Part shown: in pieces, positions 50,101-62,458 of the stretch
Layout of the letters: the number at the start of each line of letters is the position of its first letter
Numbering within the stretch: position 1 is the stretch's first letter
Assembly: GCA_051362555.1 (NCBI GenBank)
Contig: CM120643.1
Location: 26,540,848-26,604,847, forward strand
Length of the DNA stretch: 64,000 nt
Direction of reading: 5' to 3'
Source of the DNA: Lingula anatina
Taxonomy: Eukaryota > Animalia > Brachiopoda
The notes under the pieces: generated by a model
The model's input: only the letters and a program-made list of their open reading frames with translations
Databases searched by the model: none
What the model was told of the DNA's origin: nothing
Program-made: the position numbers and the translations under genes

Positions 50101-51778
50101 ACGAATCTTATTAGTTAAATAATGAGACTGTTAACATGCCTAAGAATTGAATCTGAGGAAACGTGAAAAAACTGCACAACTTATAAAATAATGGCCCGAT
50201 CATGCTTATTTTCGAACTTAACCTGCATTTTATGAATACTCATCAGCTCTGTAAATATAAAGCCAAAAAGTAAAACTATCTTCCACTTACGGTGTTAACG
50301 CTGAAAGTGCACAGCGACGGTGACGGCAACATGATTGGCGACGGCGACGACAGACGCAGGTGGCCTCATAATAAAATATACGTATCGTGGATTTTCAGAA
50401 AATATGACTAGCATGGGTCTTCAAGCCCGTGGAGGTTCTAAGTCACACCTTGAAAATGCCAATATGTGAAAAATTAAATTTTCACAAAAAACTGATTAAC
50501 TGCCAAAAAAATTTACCAAATAGACTGCATTGCCCACTGAAGCTTTATTTAAGTCCCTTGTTTCTTCCTGTAAGTTTGAGAACAGTAAGTGACATGGTTT
50601 TCCTTAAATGGTCATCATGGGAGCAGTGTCCAAAATAGGGGTGTCTTCAAATTTTGTTGCAATATTACATAATGTTTAACAGGATAATTACCATCAATTT
50701 TTAATAATAAAATATTAGTATCATGGATATTCAGAAAATGTTCCTAGCAAAGGTCTTCAGGCCCAAGGAACTTCAAAGTCACACCTTGAATATGCCAAAA
50801 TGTAGACAAGACAGCACTGTCCTGAAATGTGTTTTTTTTCCATTTTTAACAATTTTTTAACATATAACAAAATTAACAATTTACTGCCATTTATATATGA
50901 TCAACTAAGAAAATTGATGAGATGGGAAAAATATTAATAGAATAGTGTTAAATGTCCAATTTCTTCCATTCTGAGTTTCTAAACATACTGAATAATTGAA
51001 TCTGACAAACTGCAATGATATGAGTTTAATTCCATTTTTGACACTTTATTACACAATACACCAGAACAAGTTTACCATCATTTTTACGAAATCAACTAAC
51101 AATGTTGTAAAGATGCAGAAAATGTCAAACAAACACTTTTACATTTCTTATTAATTAAATAATGAAACTGTTAACATGCCTTAGAACTGAATCTAAGGAA
51201 ATGTGAAAAAACAGCATAACTTCTAAAATAATGGCCCAATTATGCTAATTTTCAAACTCAACCTGCATTTTAGTAAGATTAACCACTCCTGTGAGTTTAA
51301 ATGACAATTGGCCTATCTGTTTTTCTTATATTGTGTTTACAGTGTTGCATATATGCTAAAAAGTGAAAAAACAGCATAACTACTAAAATAGTGGCCCGAT
51401 CGTGCCGATTTTCGAACTTGACCTGCGTTTTAGTAAGATTGATTGCTCCTGTGAGTTTCATGACAACAGGCCTATCGGTTTTCCTTGAAATGTGTTAACA
51501 GTGTTGTATATATGCTGAAAAGTGAAAAAACAGCATAACTTCTACAATAATGGCTCGATCATGCTGATTTTCGAACTTGACCTGGGTTTTATGAATATTC
51601 ATCAGCTCTGTAAATATAAAGCCAAAAAGTAAAACTTTCTTCCACTTATCGTGTTAACGCTGAAAGTGCACGGCGCCGGCATCGGCGACGGCATCGGCGA
51701 CGGCATCGGCATCGGCGACGACGGCGACGACAGACGCAGGTGATGGCAATATGTACAGACACATCTGTGTCTGTACAT
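47171..51778. mobile_element. Head-to-tail array of Helentron/DINE-1-like non-autonomous elements with internal ~160-bp satellite-like repeats
   Basis: Units start AACAAGGCAGCAAAGCTGTCAAATGTACAGACA (47171, ~48966). They end with a GGCATC/GACG microsatellite and the hairpin ATGTACAGACAC..GTGTCTGTACAT (~48964, ~51778). Internal repeat GGCCCGATCATGCCGATTTTCGAACTTGACCTG. Absent from the parental intron (~26710). Confidence 0.8.
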
Positions 51779-52621
51779 AAAAAGGATTTTTTTCACACAA
51801 ACCACAATACTCCGTTAAATTACCTACACTCAAGGCTAATATTGTATTATTTAACATTTTTGATATAATGCTAAGCATGATTAAAGCAAACCTTTACATA
51901 ACTTAAACAGCTCGAAGATGTTTGCACTTTATAAACACTAAAATGCCACACATGTACAAGAGTTTTAGGTGCAAATTCCTAGGTATTATATTCAACAGTA
52001 ACATGTGATATTGAACTAAGTCTTGAAGATATCACTGCACATAAAAAACATCAACGCTGAAACCACTGTAACTTACATGTACAAGAGTTGAATGCAGAAA
52101 TTTCTATACATTTCATACAACAGTTGCAATAATTTAGGATTTTGTACATTTTCCTGAAATATGATAGTGTAACAATATTCTAAACATACCAATAATATAT
52201 ATATTTATCATTTTTAAACATTTCCACATAACATCATAATCTATGTACCCATAATGCAAAGTTAACTGAAAAAGTATATACTTTTCTCATCTACTTTGAT
52301 TCTAAGTTTAATTCCATCATCAACAACATCATCTGCGCATAGAAAAACTCAACTTAAAAAAGTTGTCTATTGCTAAATAGTTTTTTTGATTACTATAATT
52401 TCTATGACATGTTCAGATTAAAATGTGTGTAAATAGATAACATCACGGAACCATGTACAAGAGAGCAGCTTGAATAAATCAATTCTGCTACCCAGTTTAT
52501 CTGTGAAAGCTTATGAAAATAATTACACAGTCCAGTTGATACAATTTATACCCAAAGAAAACACTGTCAGACATTGTGAGACCAGATATATAGTACCATA
52601 GGGTAGATTGTTGTACAGTAT

Positions 52622-54502
52622 CTAGTATATATATTTGATCACTTTACCATCTTCAACTGTTACAATGTGTCCCTGATGATCCACCAAGAATACATAGCCA
52701 CTCATTGGTTGACACACACCTGTGATGTGATAAATAAATGTGCCATCAGATTTGATCTTCACAATCCTCCCTGTGTCTCCAATGTAGATGTCACCATTGT
52801 TGTCAGTACAGATACAAGATGGATCTGTTAACTGACCAACACCAGTGCCTGGAATGTTTACTTTGCCGTAGGTGAATTTCTTTTCCCCTGTGCTGTTCAC
52901 CCCCAATAAACAGTGATGATCAGGAAAAAGTAGGAACACATTCTTCTCCTTGTCAACTGCCATATCTGAAGGTGCTTTGTCTTGCATCCATGTAAACTTG
53001 TCAGGATGTAAAGAAAACTTATGGGAAAAACAGTTCCCTTCGAAAAAATGTATTTCTAAATATTTGTATTCTACATCTACACCTGTCCATCTTTCCCTTT
53101 TGCTCCCATGTATTTTCCCCAACACAGCTGCAACATTTCCACATGAAGCAATCAAAATAATTCTCGGATGAAATGTATCAAATAAGTTTAATACTTTGTG
53201 ACCAAATTCTGGGAGAGAAACTTCAGCTACAAACATGATAGAAGACTTAGAGTAAGATACTAACAGCCTGGTATCCATTATAGCTAATTTACTGAATTTA
53301 ATTGATGCATTCCATTTTTGGTCAAAATGCTTCAGAAATTCCCCCTTTGTTGCGTATAACTCTATCAGGTCATGTTCAGAATCCAGGGCAAAGATGTATC
53401 CAGTGCTGTACTGGGCTATGCTTGTATATGAACAATCTGTAGATGTTTTACAATGCTCCAGCTGAACCTCAGATACTTTCTCTGCTCTCCTTTTGGTCCA
53501 ATTGCTGCCCCATTTATCAATGATAAGCCAATTTGTTTTTGCTGGGGGCTCACCATTGGTTTTATTAGATTTCACACCGTAATGCCTCTCAGTTGTCCCC
53601 ATCTTTGCCCTGACGTCCTCTAGGCTGCTGTCATGGTAAAGGACTATAAGGGGATCTCTAAGACGAGGATCAGCATTGCTGTGTTGCATCTCTGAAAGCT
53701 TCTTTCTGAGCAACTTGACTTGGTCTGATTCTACATTCTTGCTATGCTGAAGGTTGATGGCTTCTTTGTGCATCTCCTCTGCAAGCCTGTGTTGACTGCT
53801 GACAGTATTTGTGTATTGTGCCAGTTGTGACAACTTTTCTTTCAAAAAATCATCAGTTTCCTTGATCAACTTTTCACATCGATTGTCGGTAATAACCTTA
53901 ATTTGATGTGCCTGTTGTTTGACTCTCTGGTGGATTTCTTTCCTGTGGGACATATATTTCATCTTTTCTTCTTCACAAGTTCTCAGTTCTTCCTTCAGTA
54001 TTAACAAAGATTGACTAAACTGTGAAACAATTGCAGTAAGCTCCTCTGAAAATGGTGTAGAATTGTCCTGATCTTCCAGAGCGGCATCCGGTATTAAGCC
54101 TTCTTTTTCAACCTTCAGTGTGTGACCTTCGTTGAGGTCATGAAAATCTTTACAACAGTCACATATGTACTGGTGACACTCTTGACAGTGATATGTGCTG
54201 CTGTCATCACCACACAGGTCACATGACTTGAAGTCTGCCTTGGTACTCTGAACTTCTGCCATAAACAAATTGTGAGGAAGTTGTTGGAGACCTTCTTTAG
54301 GTGTGAGTGTCTTCCGTCTGCAAACAGGACATGAAAATGTGTCATCTTGACTGCCATTGCTGGTGACATGGAGCTGCAGACATCTGAGACAAAATGTGTG
54401 GTGACATGGCAGAACCCTGGGGTCTTTATATTCCTCCAGACAGATGTGACATGTCACAAAACTGCCAGAAATATCTTTCTCTTCTCCACCTCCAGTAGCC
54501 AT
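52622..54502 (-). CDS. TRIM-NHL-type E3 ubiquitin ligase (RING, B-box, coiled coil, NHL/beta-propeller), 626 aa, intronless CDS, copy 2
   Basis: Uninterrupted ORF with C3HC4 RING, B-box CDLC..HCQECHQYICDCCKDFH, a charged coiled coil and NHL-like GQLTDPSCICTDNNGDIYIGD. Confidence 0.9.
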   Translation of the reverse strand: MATGGGEEKDISGSFVTCHICLEEYKDPRVLPCHHTFCLRCLQLHVTSNGSQDDTFSCPVCRRKTLTPKEGLQQLPHNLFMAEVQSTKADFKSCDLCGDDSSTYHCQECHQYICDCCKDFHDLNEGHTLKVEKEGLIPDAALEDQDNSTPFSEELTAIVSQFSQSLLILKEELRTCEEEKMKYMSHRKEIHQRVKQQAHQIKVITDNRCEKLIKETDDFLKEKLSQLAQYTNTVSSQHRLAEEMHKEAINLQHSKNVESDQVKLLRKKLSEMQHSNADPRLRDPLIVLYHDSSLEDVRAKMGTTERHYGVKSNKTNGEPPAKTNWLIIDKWGSNWTKRRAEKVSEVQLEHCKTSTDCSYTSIAQYSTGYIFALDSEHDLIELYATKGEFLKHFDQKWNASIKFSKLAIMDTRLLVSYSKSSIMFVAEVSLPEFGHKVLNLFDTFHPRIILIASCGNVAAVLGKIHGSKRERWTGVDVEYKYLEIHFFEGNCFSHKFSLHPDKFTWMQDKAPSDMAVDKEKNVFLLFPDHHCLLGVNSTGEKKFTYGKVNIPGTGVGQLTDPSCICTDNNGDIYIGDTGRIVKIKSDGTFIYHITGVCQPMSGYVFLVDHQGHIVTVEDGKVIKYIY

Positions 54503-55503
54503 CCTGGATATTCTCAGTCTGATGATTCAAGTTGACTGTTCCAATGTAAGAAAATACTGCAACAATGTATCAGAGTACTGTATCAATATTTCAGAATACT
54601 GCATCAGAATATCAGAATACAGCATCAATGTATCAGAATATCAGAATACTGTATCAATGTATCAAGCTGTTTGATTTCATCAGCATATGCACTTACCATA
54701 TGAGGAAATATGGAATTTCCAGATAATAGAAAATTTCCAACTTTCGTTTCTGTTGCACATATGTGCCTTGACCTCCAGCTCTGAGAAGAAAAGTTCATTG
54801 GAACATACATGTACGTGCAGTGAATGTCTCATCTCTACAAAAATCACGCTATAAATAATTAAGTCCTCAGTGGTATTATAACTCCTGTTAATCTACAGGT
54901 GGTTGTCAAATTAAGCTGCATATTCATCATCTTATCACATTCAGTTCTCACTTGACCTCTGTCTTAGGGGTCAACTCTATTTACAATGTGATTTCTATTT
55001 ATATCTATGTAGGCCATTAAGGTCACAGAGTAACACAGTACAGTCTGAAGTCAGTCAACCAAATCTTTGTCACTTAACCAAACCAAATGCCAATACATGT
55101 ATATATACATTCAAATAGCACATTAAAACATGTTAAGCATATGTACTGCCTCTATTAGCACTATAGGTACTTATCTAGACAGTGACTAAAGGTAAAATAA
55201 GAGACCTGATGGATTGGGGATAAAGAAAAAGACTACTATTTATGTAATATGGACATTTTTTGGTAACAGGCCTTTTTTTAATATGTCCAAAAAGCTTTTT
55301 ATGTTAAAGTTTGCTTTCTGTTCAATTCACCAGTCTTCTGATAAATACTAGACATGTCATGATTACTTTTAGGAGTCGATACTGTGTCAATATAAACATT
55401 ACATATGTTCCATTGCAGGCCTTCCAGGAAAAACACTGTCAGGATGCCATGGATGCTTACTGTGACTGTATATGGGATGTCACCATTCTGGAGTTTCTGA
55501 TTA

Positions 55504-56009
55504 GTATCCTTTGTCCAGTGTCCAGCATTAGCCACTGGTCTGAGACAGTTGACCAGTAGATTTGGTATTGGACTAATATGAGTAGAGAAAAGATGAGTGT
55601 AAAGTTGCTTCAGATTTTTTTTCATTTTTTAATTTTATTTTAGTATTTATTTATTTATATATTTATTTTGCTTATAGTTAATTTTGAATGAAAAAGTTAC
55701 TGTAGCTTCTCATTTGATTCATTGCTTTATTGAATTTAGTTAATATGAATTAATTTGTTACAATTTATTAATTTGCCTGTCCTCCCAAAGTAGCTAAAAA
55801 GTAGCTAGTTTCAGTTATTTTATTGAAAGTAACCCAGCCTATTACAGGGATCATATCCCAGGCTTCATATTTCAGTGCAGCTTGAGAGTATCATGTCAGA
55901 TTTCAGATAATTGTTATACTTTAAGGTATGGGGGATATGGTTTTCAATGACATCATTATAACATTAGTGCATTTTGCATCTATTAAAAAAAACCTTTAAC
56001 AAGTGTCAG
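55504..56009 (+). other. Duplicated U12-type intron in the INTS8 pseudogene
   Basis: GTATCCTTT donor and CCTTTAAC...CAG acceptor are retained. Confidence 0.8.
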
Positions 56010-56430
56010 ATCTTCATGCCAAGAAGGGAGAACTTGAGAAGAAACAAAGAGCTATAAGTATCTAATTATTTCTAAACCCCTCTTAACTGGACAAGTCTCT
56101 AATTTATATTTTTATTTATATTACCCAAAGTAGTTTATATTACTATTACCTTAATTTGATATTTTCCTAAAAAAATTTAATATATTTTTTAGATATTTAT
56201 AATTATATTACATAAAGTCATAGTTATAATTGTCACACATTTCTCAGAGATTATGCAATTTCGTACATTTTTGTGATGCATTTTTCATACTTTTTTTTAG
56301 TTGCATGTCATAGGTCAGTTGGAATTGAACAGCAGCGATTCAGAGGATATTCTAGTTCAAGCCAAACAGAAAAGAATGCAGAAATTCCTCAGGACATTAG
56401 CCAAGCACTATCTATGAGAGAGAGAGAGCA

Positions 56431-56476
<46 letters not shown>

Positions 56477-57666
56477 TAGAGAGAGTACAAAATATCTCAC
56501 AATGGTCTTTACAAAGTATACATTTAATTTCCAGGAGAGACTGTTGCAGTTATTGAATGTTAAGGAGAAAAAAAAAAAAAAAAAAAAAAAAAAAGAAAAA
56601 AAAAGGCCAAGCCTGGGTCTTCTAAATTTTAAAGGATTTCAGAACTTTTGCCTTTTTTTCTATGGCAGACATCTGTGCTCGTGCTGTACTACCTAGTATT
56701 ACATATGCTTGGAATCCATACAACACAACTTGTAAATTTGAGCTGAATTGAAATAAAATAATTTCTCTCAACTTGTGTATCTTTGTTGTAAGAAAAAATT
56801 AAAAAGGTGAATGGGTTTTTAATTAATCTTTATCTAGAAGGAAACAACCTATGTTCATATACAATTTTACAGTATAGTTATCTTACAAATAATTTATGTA
56901 GTTGACACCCGTAACAATTTGCATAAATACAAAGAAGAAAAAAAACTGCTACAGTATTTTGTGGAAACAAAATTTGACAACCAGCATCAAATTGCGTCAG
57001 TGCAATTTTTCTGCTAATAAATTTTTCTTCTTAAAATTTAACTTGCTAACAGTAAACACTGCAAATAATAATCCATCTTGAAAATATGCACTCTATCAGT
57101 TCTTTATAAATTTGGACACTGAACATGTTAGTAATATATCATCATGATATAATAAATTAATATAAAATACCATTCGTCCCAGATCAAACTTTTCAGTATC
57201 TGCGACTGGCATATTTCACATTTTAAGAAATTCAAATTTTAACACTCTAATTTTAAAAAAAATTTGATTCAACTTCAGTTTTGCAGCCATTTAGCTAAGG
57301 AATATCCATCCTAAATAGACCTCCCCATATCCATGTTCTCCGTTTTGCTTTTTCCTTACCTCCCTCCTACCACACCCTCTTTCTCTTTCCATATTTTTTT
57401 CTGTGCATCAGCTAGTGCTATATCTTTAATGGTCATCAGCTAAGGGACTTAATATTTAATTGTTCTACTTCAAATTGAAATTCACAAGTTGTTAAGTGAC
57501 ATCAGCTCCTGACAATGAAAAGGTAATTTAAAAGAATCCCCAATATTCCAACTAGTCTAATTGGACTAGTAACTTTATAAAAAATACTTTTTTTGCTGAG
57601 GCAAAATCTACTGGTCAACTGCCTTGAATTAATGGCAATGGTTATTGTAGCAGACAGTAAAATAAT

Positions 57667-60600
57667 TTATGTAGAATCTGTGTAACTCTCGACTGGCACT
57701 ACATCTATATTCTCCAGATTAAACTCCCTGGGGGGCACTCTGTTTAACGTAGTCTGTTGGAAGCCCCCCTCTCCTCCCAATATCTCCCCCTGGGTGACAA
57801 TCAGCTTCTGTCCCCTACTTGTCACTAAGTGCGTGTCACACTGTGACGTCACCATTAGCCCGTGCTCAGTGACACAGGCATTCTGGGTAATGAACTGCGC
57901 CGAGTCTGTGAGCGTGAAGCTGTTTTCCTGGGTCCCTGCTGGTATGATCACCTTGGTGAGGTACGGAAATTGTTTACTCGTCTGTAGGCCATGCTGTGGT
58001 TGTTGAGATTGCTGCCCCGTTGGTGCCAAATTGTCCTCGGTAACTTGGGCAAAGAATTTCTGATCTGCAACGTGGCTGATTCCTCTCCTGTTAGAGTCTC
58101 CACCAAGGCCATGTGTTGCTGGGTCAGTAACAATCGACAGCTGATTTTCTTGCATGGGGAAAATGAGTTTAAAGGGCATTGTGAGTTTGTTTGTCACTTG
58201 TTTCTTTTCCTCCTTATCAGCATCCTCTGCTGTTGTGCCACCATACTTCTGCTCTAGGGTTTGTCTTTTCTTGGGTGGCTCTCCTATGCTGTGAGATTTC
58301 ATTAGGTGTTCTCTCAGCTTGTCCATACGCGTGGTGGAAAAATCACAGATGTCACACTTAAAAGGCCGAACAGTAGTGTGAAGACTTGAATGCCTGCGTA
58401 AGTTTTTCACCATGGAGAATGCAGTGCCACATATTTCGCACTGGTGTGGTTTCTCGCGCGTGTGCGTGAGCATGTGATTTTTCAAATTCTGGCGTTTGGT
58501 CGCCTTAAAGTTACAACCTGGCACCTCACAAGAAAACATATTCCCTGTATGTATTAGTCTGTGAGCCTTAAGCTGACTTTTGTGAACAGTGGAGTAACCA
58601 CAGAAGTCACACAAATGTTTCTTTTCAGTAGAATGAATCACTTCATGGTTCTTCAGGGCGTGTTTCCACTTGAAACCAGCCCCACAAGTCTCACATATAA
58701 AAGGTTTTTCTTTGAAGTGCACAGGGGCGTGCATGTTGTATTTTGTTTTTGTGTTAAAACGTTGGTCACAGCTGGGGCAGAAGTAAGGGTCTGGGCCAGA
58801 ATGCTTCTCCAAATGTTCTTCAAGCTGTGAACCATCCTCGAAATGTTCATCACAGAATTTGCAAATGTTTTCTTGCTGCTTATGCCAGTCTTGATGTTTA
58901 CTGAGCTCCTTAGGTTTACAGGTGGTAAAATCACATTTCTCACATTGGTACTGAGTTTTTTTCTTTTTCTTTGGTGTATTGTCTGGTGATTCTTTAACAT
59001 CAGACTTGGTTTCATTCTGCTCCGTCTCACTTATTTGCTCGTCCTCTTTACTGCCTTGTCTCCGCTGAGGAAGGTAACTTTTTCTTTTTCCCAACCTGGT
59101 GCTTCTCAGAGGTCTGCCAGTTGAACTGAGCTTTGACTCAAGATCTGTACTCTCTCCGCCATCATCTCCGAGAGGAGGCACGAGACTGGTGTCTAAATCT
59201 TCCTCACCCTCATCCTCTTCTACCTTATAACCCTTTGCTCTAACATGCTTTTTGCGATGTTGGCTCTTTATTCCCTGACAAAATTTTATCAAAGGGGAAA
59301 CTTGTAAAATTCCTGCAATTTCTGACAGTTTATTTTGCAATATGACCGGGATTTGTAATCTCCCTGTGTACAAGAAATTCAAAATGGCCTCCACAACAAG
59401 AATGTAGGACTTGTCAGTCTCGGCACTGTCTACATGAACTTCTATTGTCTGTGGCGACCCCTGGGAGTAGATTCTGGGTACATTCTCACTCAGCAGAGAG
59501 GTTAAATAGGTGCTGCCTGCTGCAAGAACATTGGAGTGGGCAGGGAATTCATGACCACATACCTGGAATGTAACAACTATATAATAATAATGATAATATA
59601 ATAAACAGTAAAACAAATTTTGCCTTCACACTGCAGGAAATTCATGGCCATGTATCTAGAATAAAAAAATAAAATAAAAATAAAAAAATTACAATCATTC
59701 TACTAGTAATTGATAAACATTAAAAAATCCAGCCATTAATATAACATTTGCAGCCCGTTTGCATGTGATGACAATTTTTCTATGCAACTGAGATATCAAT
59801 ACCATATACGTATACAAAAAAAAAAAAAAAAAAAAAAAATCAACGTAAAAATGTCTCAAACGTATCCCAGCAAAAAATAGACCCTTTTCAAGCCCAGTAA
59901 CTTTGGATATGATCAGTGTATGAAATGGCCGCCTGCCCGCCAACCCGAGGCTGGTAACTTTCAGGCTGGGCGGGTAAGATTTGCAAATTACCCGCCCGAC
60001 GGGCTGGCTATTTTTACAGCCTATTTTCACCTTTTTATTTTGTCTATGTTCACAAGCGATTTCAGCAAAATATCAAATAAACCCACTGTTTTCACCCACT
60101 TTCATAGAAGCAAAGAATCGAAATGTAACCAACAGTCTCCCTCTCAGTGGCCTTGTTTTCGAAGTTCCGTCTGTGTGATATGAAGTTGAAAGACAATTTG
60201 AAACGTGGCACATTGTTCTTAACCAGCTTCAGTGCACAGCAGATAACGTTATGTCATTGTTTTGTGTAGAGGAGATACCGCGAGTAGCAATTTGTAGGTC
60301 GAGAGTAATAAAAATGTGAAAGTATAAAAAGTTATGATATTGATTAAATAGACTTATAGGTACATGAAGTGCTTATAATCAACAGTGATAAAGGCAACGG
60401 AGGCAAATTAAAGGAGAATTTTACAAAAAATTTGAATCCCAAAATTATGAGTGAACGTACGAGTTTACGCCGTGCGTCAGATGTAGTTCTTTTCCCACGT
60501 GCTTTCATCTTGGGCTGTCAAAAATGAAAAAATTCTATCAAGGCCGATAGAGAAGTTCACAAAAGAAAAACAATTGAGGAAGGAAATAAAAATAACAAAG

Positions 60601-62458
60601 ATTACGACAGAACCAAACGAAAGAGAACAAATTGGGACCCATGGAAAGGTGACTTCGATTTGCAATTAGTCGAGTGGCAACATTTTTTGCAAAAACCGTA
60701 ACTCGAAAGTATCACGCATTGCGACGGAGCGCAAGCATCTCGATCCAATAACTCGCCCATACTCGCCCCATATAATATATTGTAGCCTCTATGTGATATA
60801 TATAGCTATTCTCAATAAGCAATGCTTTCGAGATACGGGGCCCTGCAGGACTGTCTATGGGCCATTAGCGTGCAGGACCGTTCCCAACCGCTTTTTAAAG
60901 CTTAAAAGCGATATTCAAAGGGACCCTACGTGCTGAATTCTTTCTTCTTTATTGTTAGCACAGAGATCGATTTATTTGACAACAATACATATATTTGGTC
61001 ATACTTGTTGCTATACAGAAAAGCAAAAGTTATGATCAAATGATATCACGAAATCGGAATAAAAGTTATGAATAAATTATTGAAGAAGAAATGAGACAGC
61101 CTGCAAGGTGAACATAAACTGAATTGACTACCCCCACCCTCCCCCGCCCGCTAAAGGGCCCTGAAAATTTTTGGTATTTTAGATGGTGAATGGTGCCATT
61201 TGGTATGGTTTAGAACTATGATTCAACTAGTGAAAGTCTTATTTCAAGAGGTGAGGTTTTTTTACAGAAATTAAAAGGGGGGCGTCAGGACCCCCCCCCC
61301 CCCCCTCTAAATCCAACACTGACAAGGTATCATTCAGTAGAAATTCCAACCAATTTCTAAATTTCCATGCATAAGGCATGATATTGCCCTTTCATTTCCA
61401 AATTACTCTCCCAAGAATGCATTCTAGGCCCCCTCAGCATACCTCTCTTAACTCTACGGGTTATCATAACTAGGGCAGGTAACTACATGGCCGGTGTGGC
61501 GTGTACCGCCGGGAGCGTGAACCATCCGTTCTGCTCATGCGCACTAAACGCAGGCAAATCTGAGGGACTTCCGGCGTGTACAGTCCGTCTCTATAGAGTC
61601 GTCAATACATTCTTAGCCTTTAATAAACATGTGCTGTTGAGAACATACTGCAAATTCAAACATAATCTTTAGAAGTATTCATATCTTACAGATGTTCACC
61701 TCTACTGCTATTTCTCTCAGGTGGCCATATCAACACACTAGCCTAGTAAAATCAATACTAAAATAGTAGCCAGCAGCTGAATAATGACGGCACGTCCACG
61801 GTAGGTTCATCCATGCGTCGAACTGTAATTTGACGCTGATTCTCTATCAAAATTATCAATTAACACATGAATTTTATTCTCATCATAGTTAATGTATAAT
61901 GAGGTAGAAAATGAACTACTTGAATATAACAGTAGGCCCTACAGGTGAATAACAACGGATCATTCACGGAACGGCTCATACACGCTGCTGCTGCGTGTAC
62001 AATCGGTCAGGACGGATGGTTCACGCAGAACGGACCGTACACGTGACACCGGGCTGGTAACTTTTCAGAGTAACCTGCCCGGCGGTCTGGCTAGTAATTT
62101 CCTTGAATTTCATACACTGATATGATGCTAAATGATTTGCCAAAAATAGCAGAGGCAATTATCAAAGTCACCATATAGCTAGTCAAACAAGGAAAATCAA
62201 AGACGTGGAAGTCTGAGAAGATACAACAAATTCCGAGCGTGAACAAATTACTATTAGTACCATCGATTCCGCCCAGACTTAGATGCATAAACATTGATGG
62301 CAATCTATTTACACGGCATTTTTCAGTTAGAATCGTACCTTCAGTATTACATCACAAAACAAGCCACTTGCTCTCTGGGTGTTCAGTGCATTGAGTATCG
62401 AAATCGTTTGTTTTTGTTCGACGAAGGAAAGAATCTCTTTCTTTCTGGAAGCAGCCAT
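57667..62458 (-). CDS. BTB/POZ + tandem C2H2 zinc-finger transcription factor (ZBTB-like); exons 62458-62339 and 59562-57667, ~671 aa
   Basis: Exon 1 ...ILNALNTQRASGLFCDVILK splices in phase 0 to VCGHEFPAHSNVLAAGSTYL...ILNFLYTG (BTB). Eight C2H2 fingers follow with EKP-type linkers. Confidence 0.92.
59914..62119. mobile_element. 2.2-kb non-autonomous DNA transposon (hAT- or P-like) in the ZBTB intron
   Basis: TIR CAGTGTATGAAAT...ATTTCATACACTG. Flanking direct repeat ATATGAT (59907-59913, 62120-62126). Subterminal GCCCG/GGCTGGTAAC motifs at both ends. Confidence 0.8.
61489..62054. mobile_element. Nested MITE-like element (possibly PIF/Harbinger-type)
   Basis: Imperfect TIR CCGGTGTGGCGTGTAC...GCGTGAACCATCCGT versus ACGGATGGTTCACGC...GTACACGTGACACCGG. 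The TSD is unclear. Confidence 0.6.

Larger units (their letters stand above)
32530..56417 (+). pseudogene. INTS8: Partial tandem duplicate of INTS8 3' exons (fragments ~32660-32771, 43389-43576, 45725-45787, 46281-46399, 46748-46902, 55419-55503, 56010-56053, 56301-56417)
   Basis: Exon and intron similarity to ~22130-32500, with no 5' exons. In-frame stop (AAA TAA at ~43461), a ~2.2-kb deletion at ~43577, a ~125-bp deletion at ~55420, and a donor mutated GT>AT at 56054. Confidence 0.88.

Noticed and set aside
58561-59030. Alternative-frame and antisense ORFs over the zinc-finger exon
   Set aside because: They are shadow ORFs of the real CDS.
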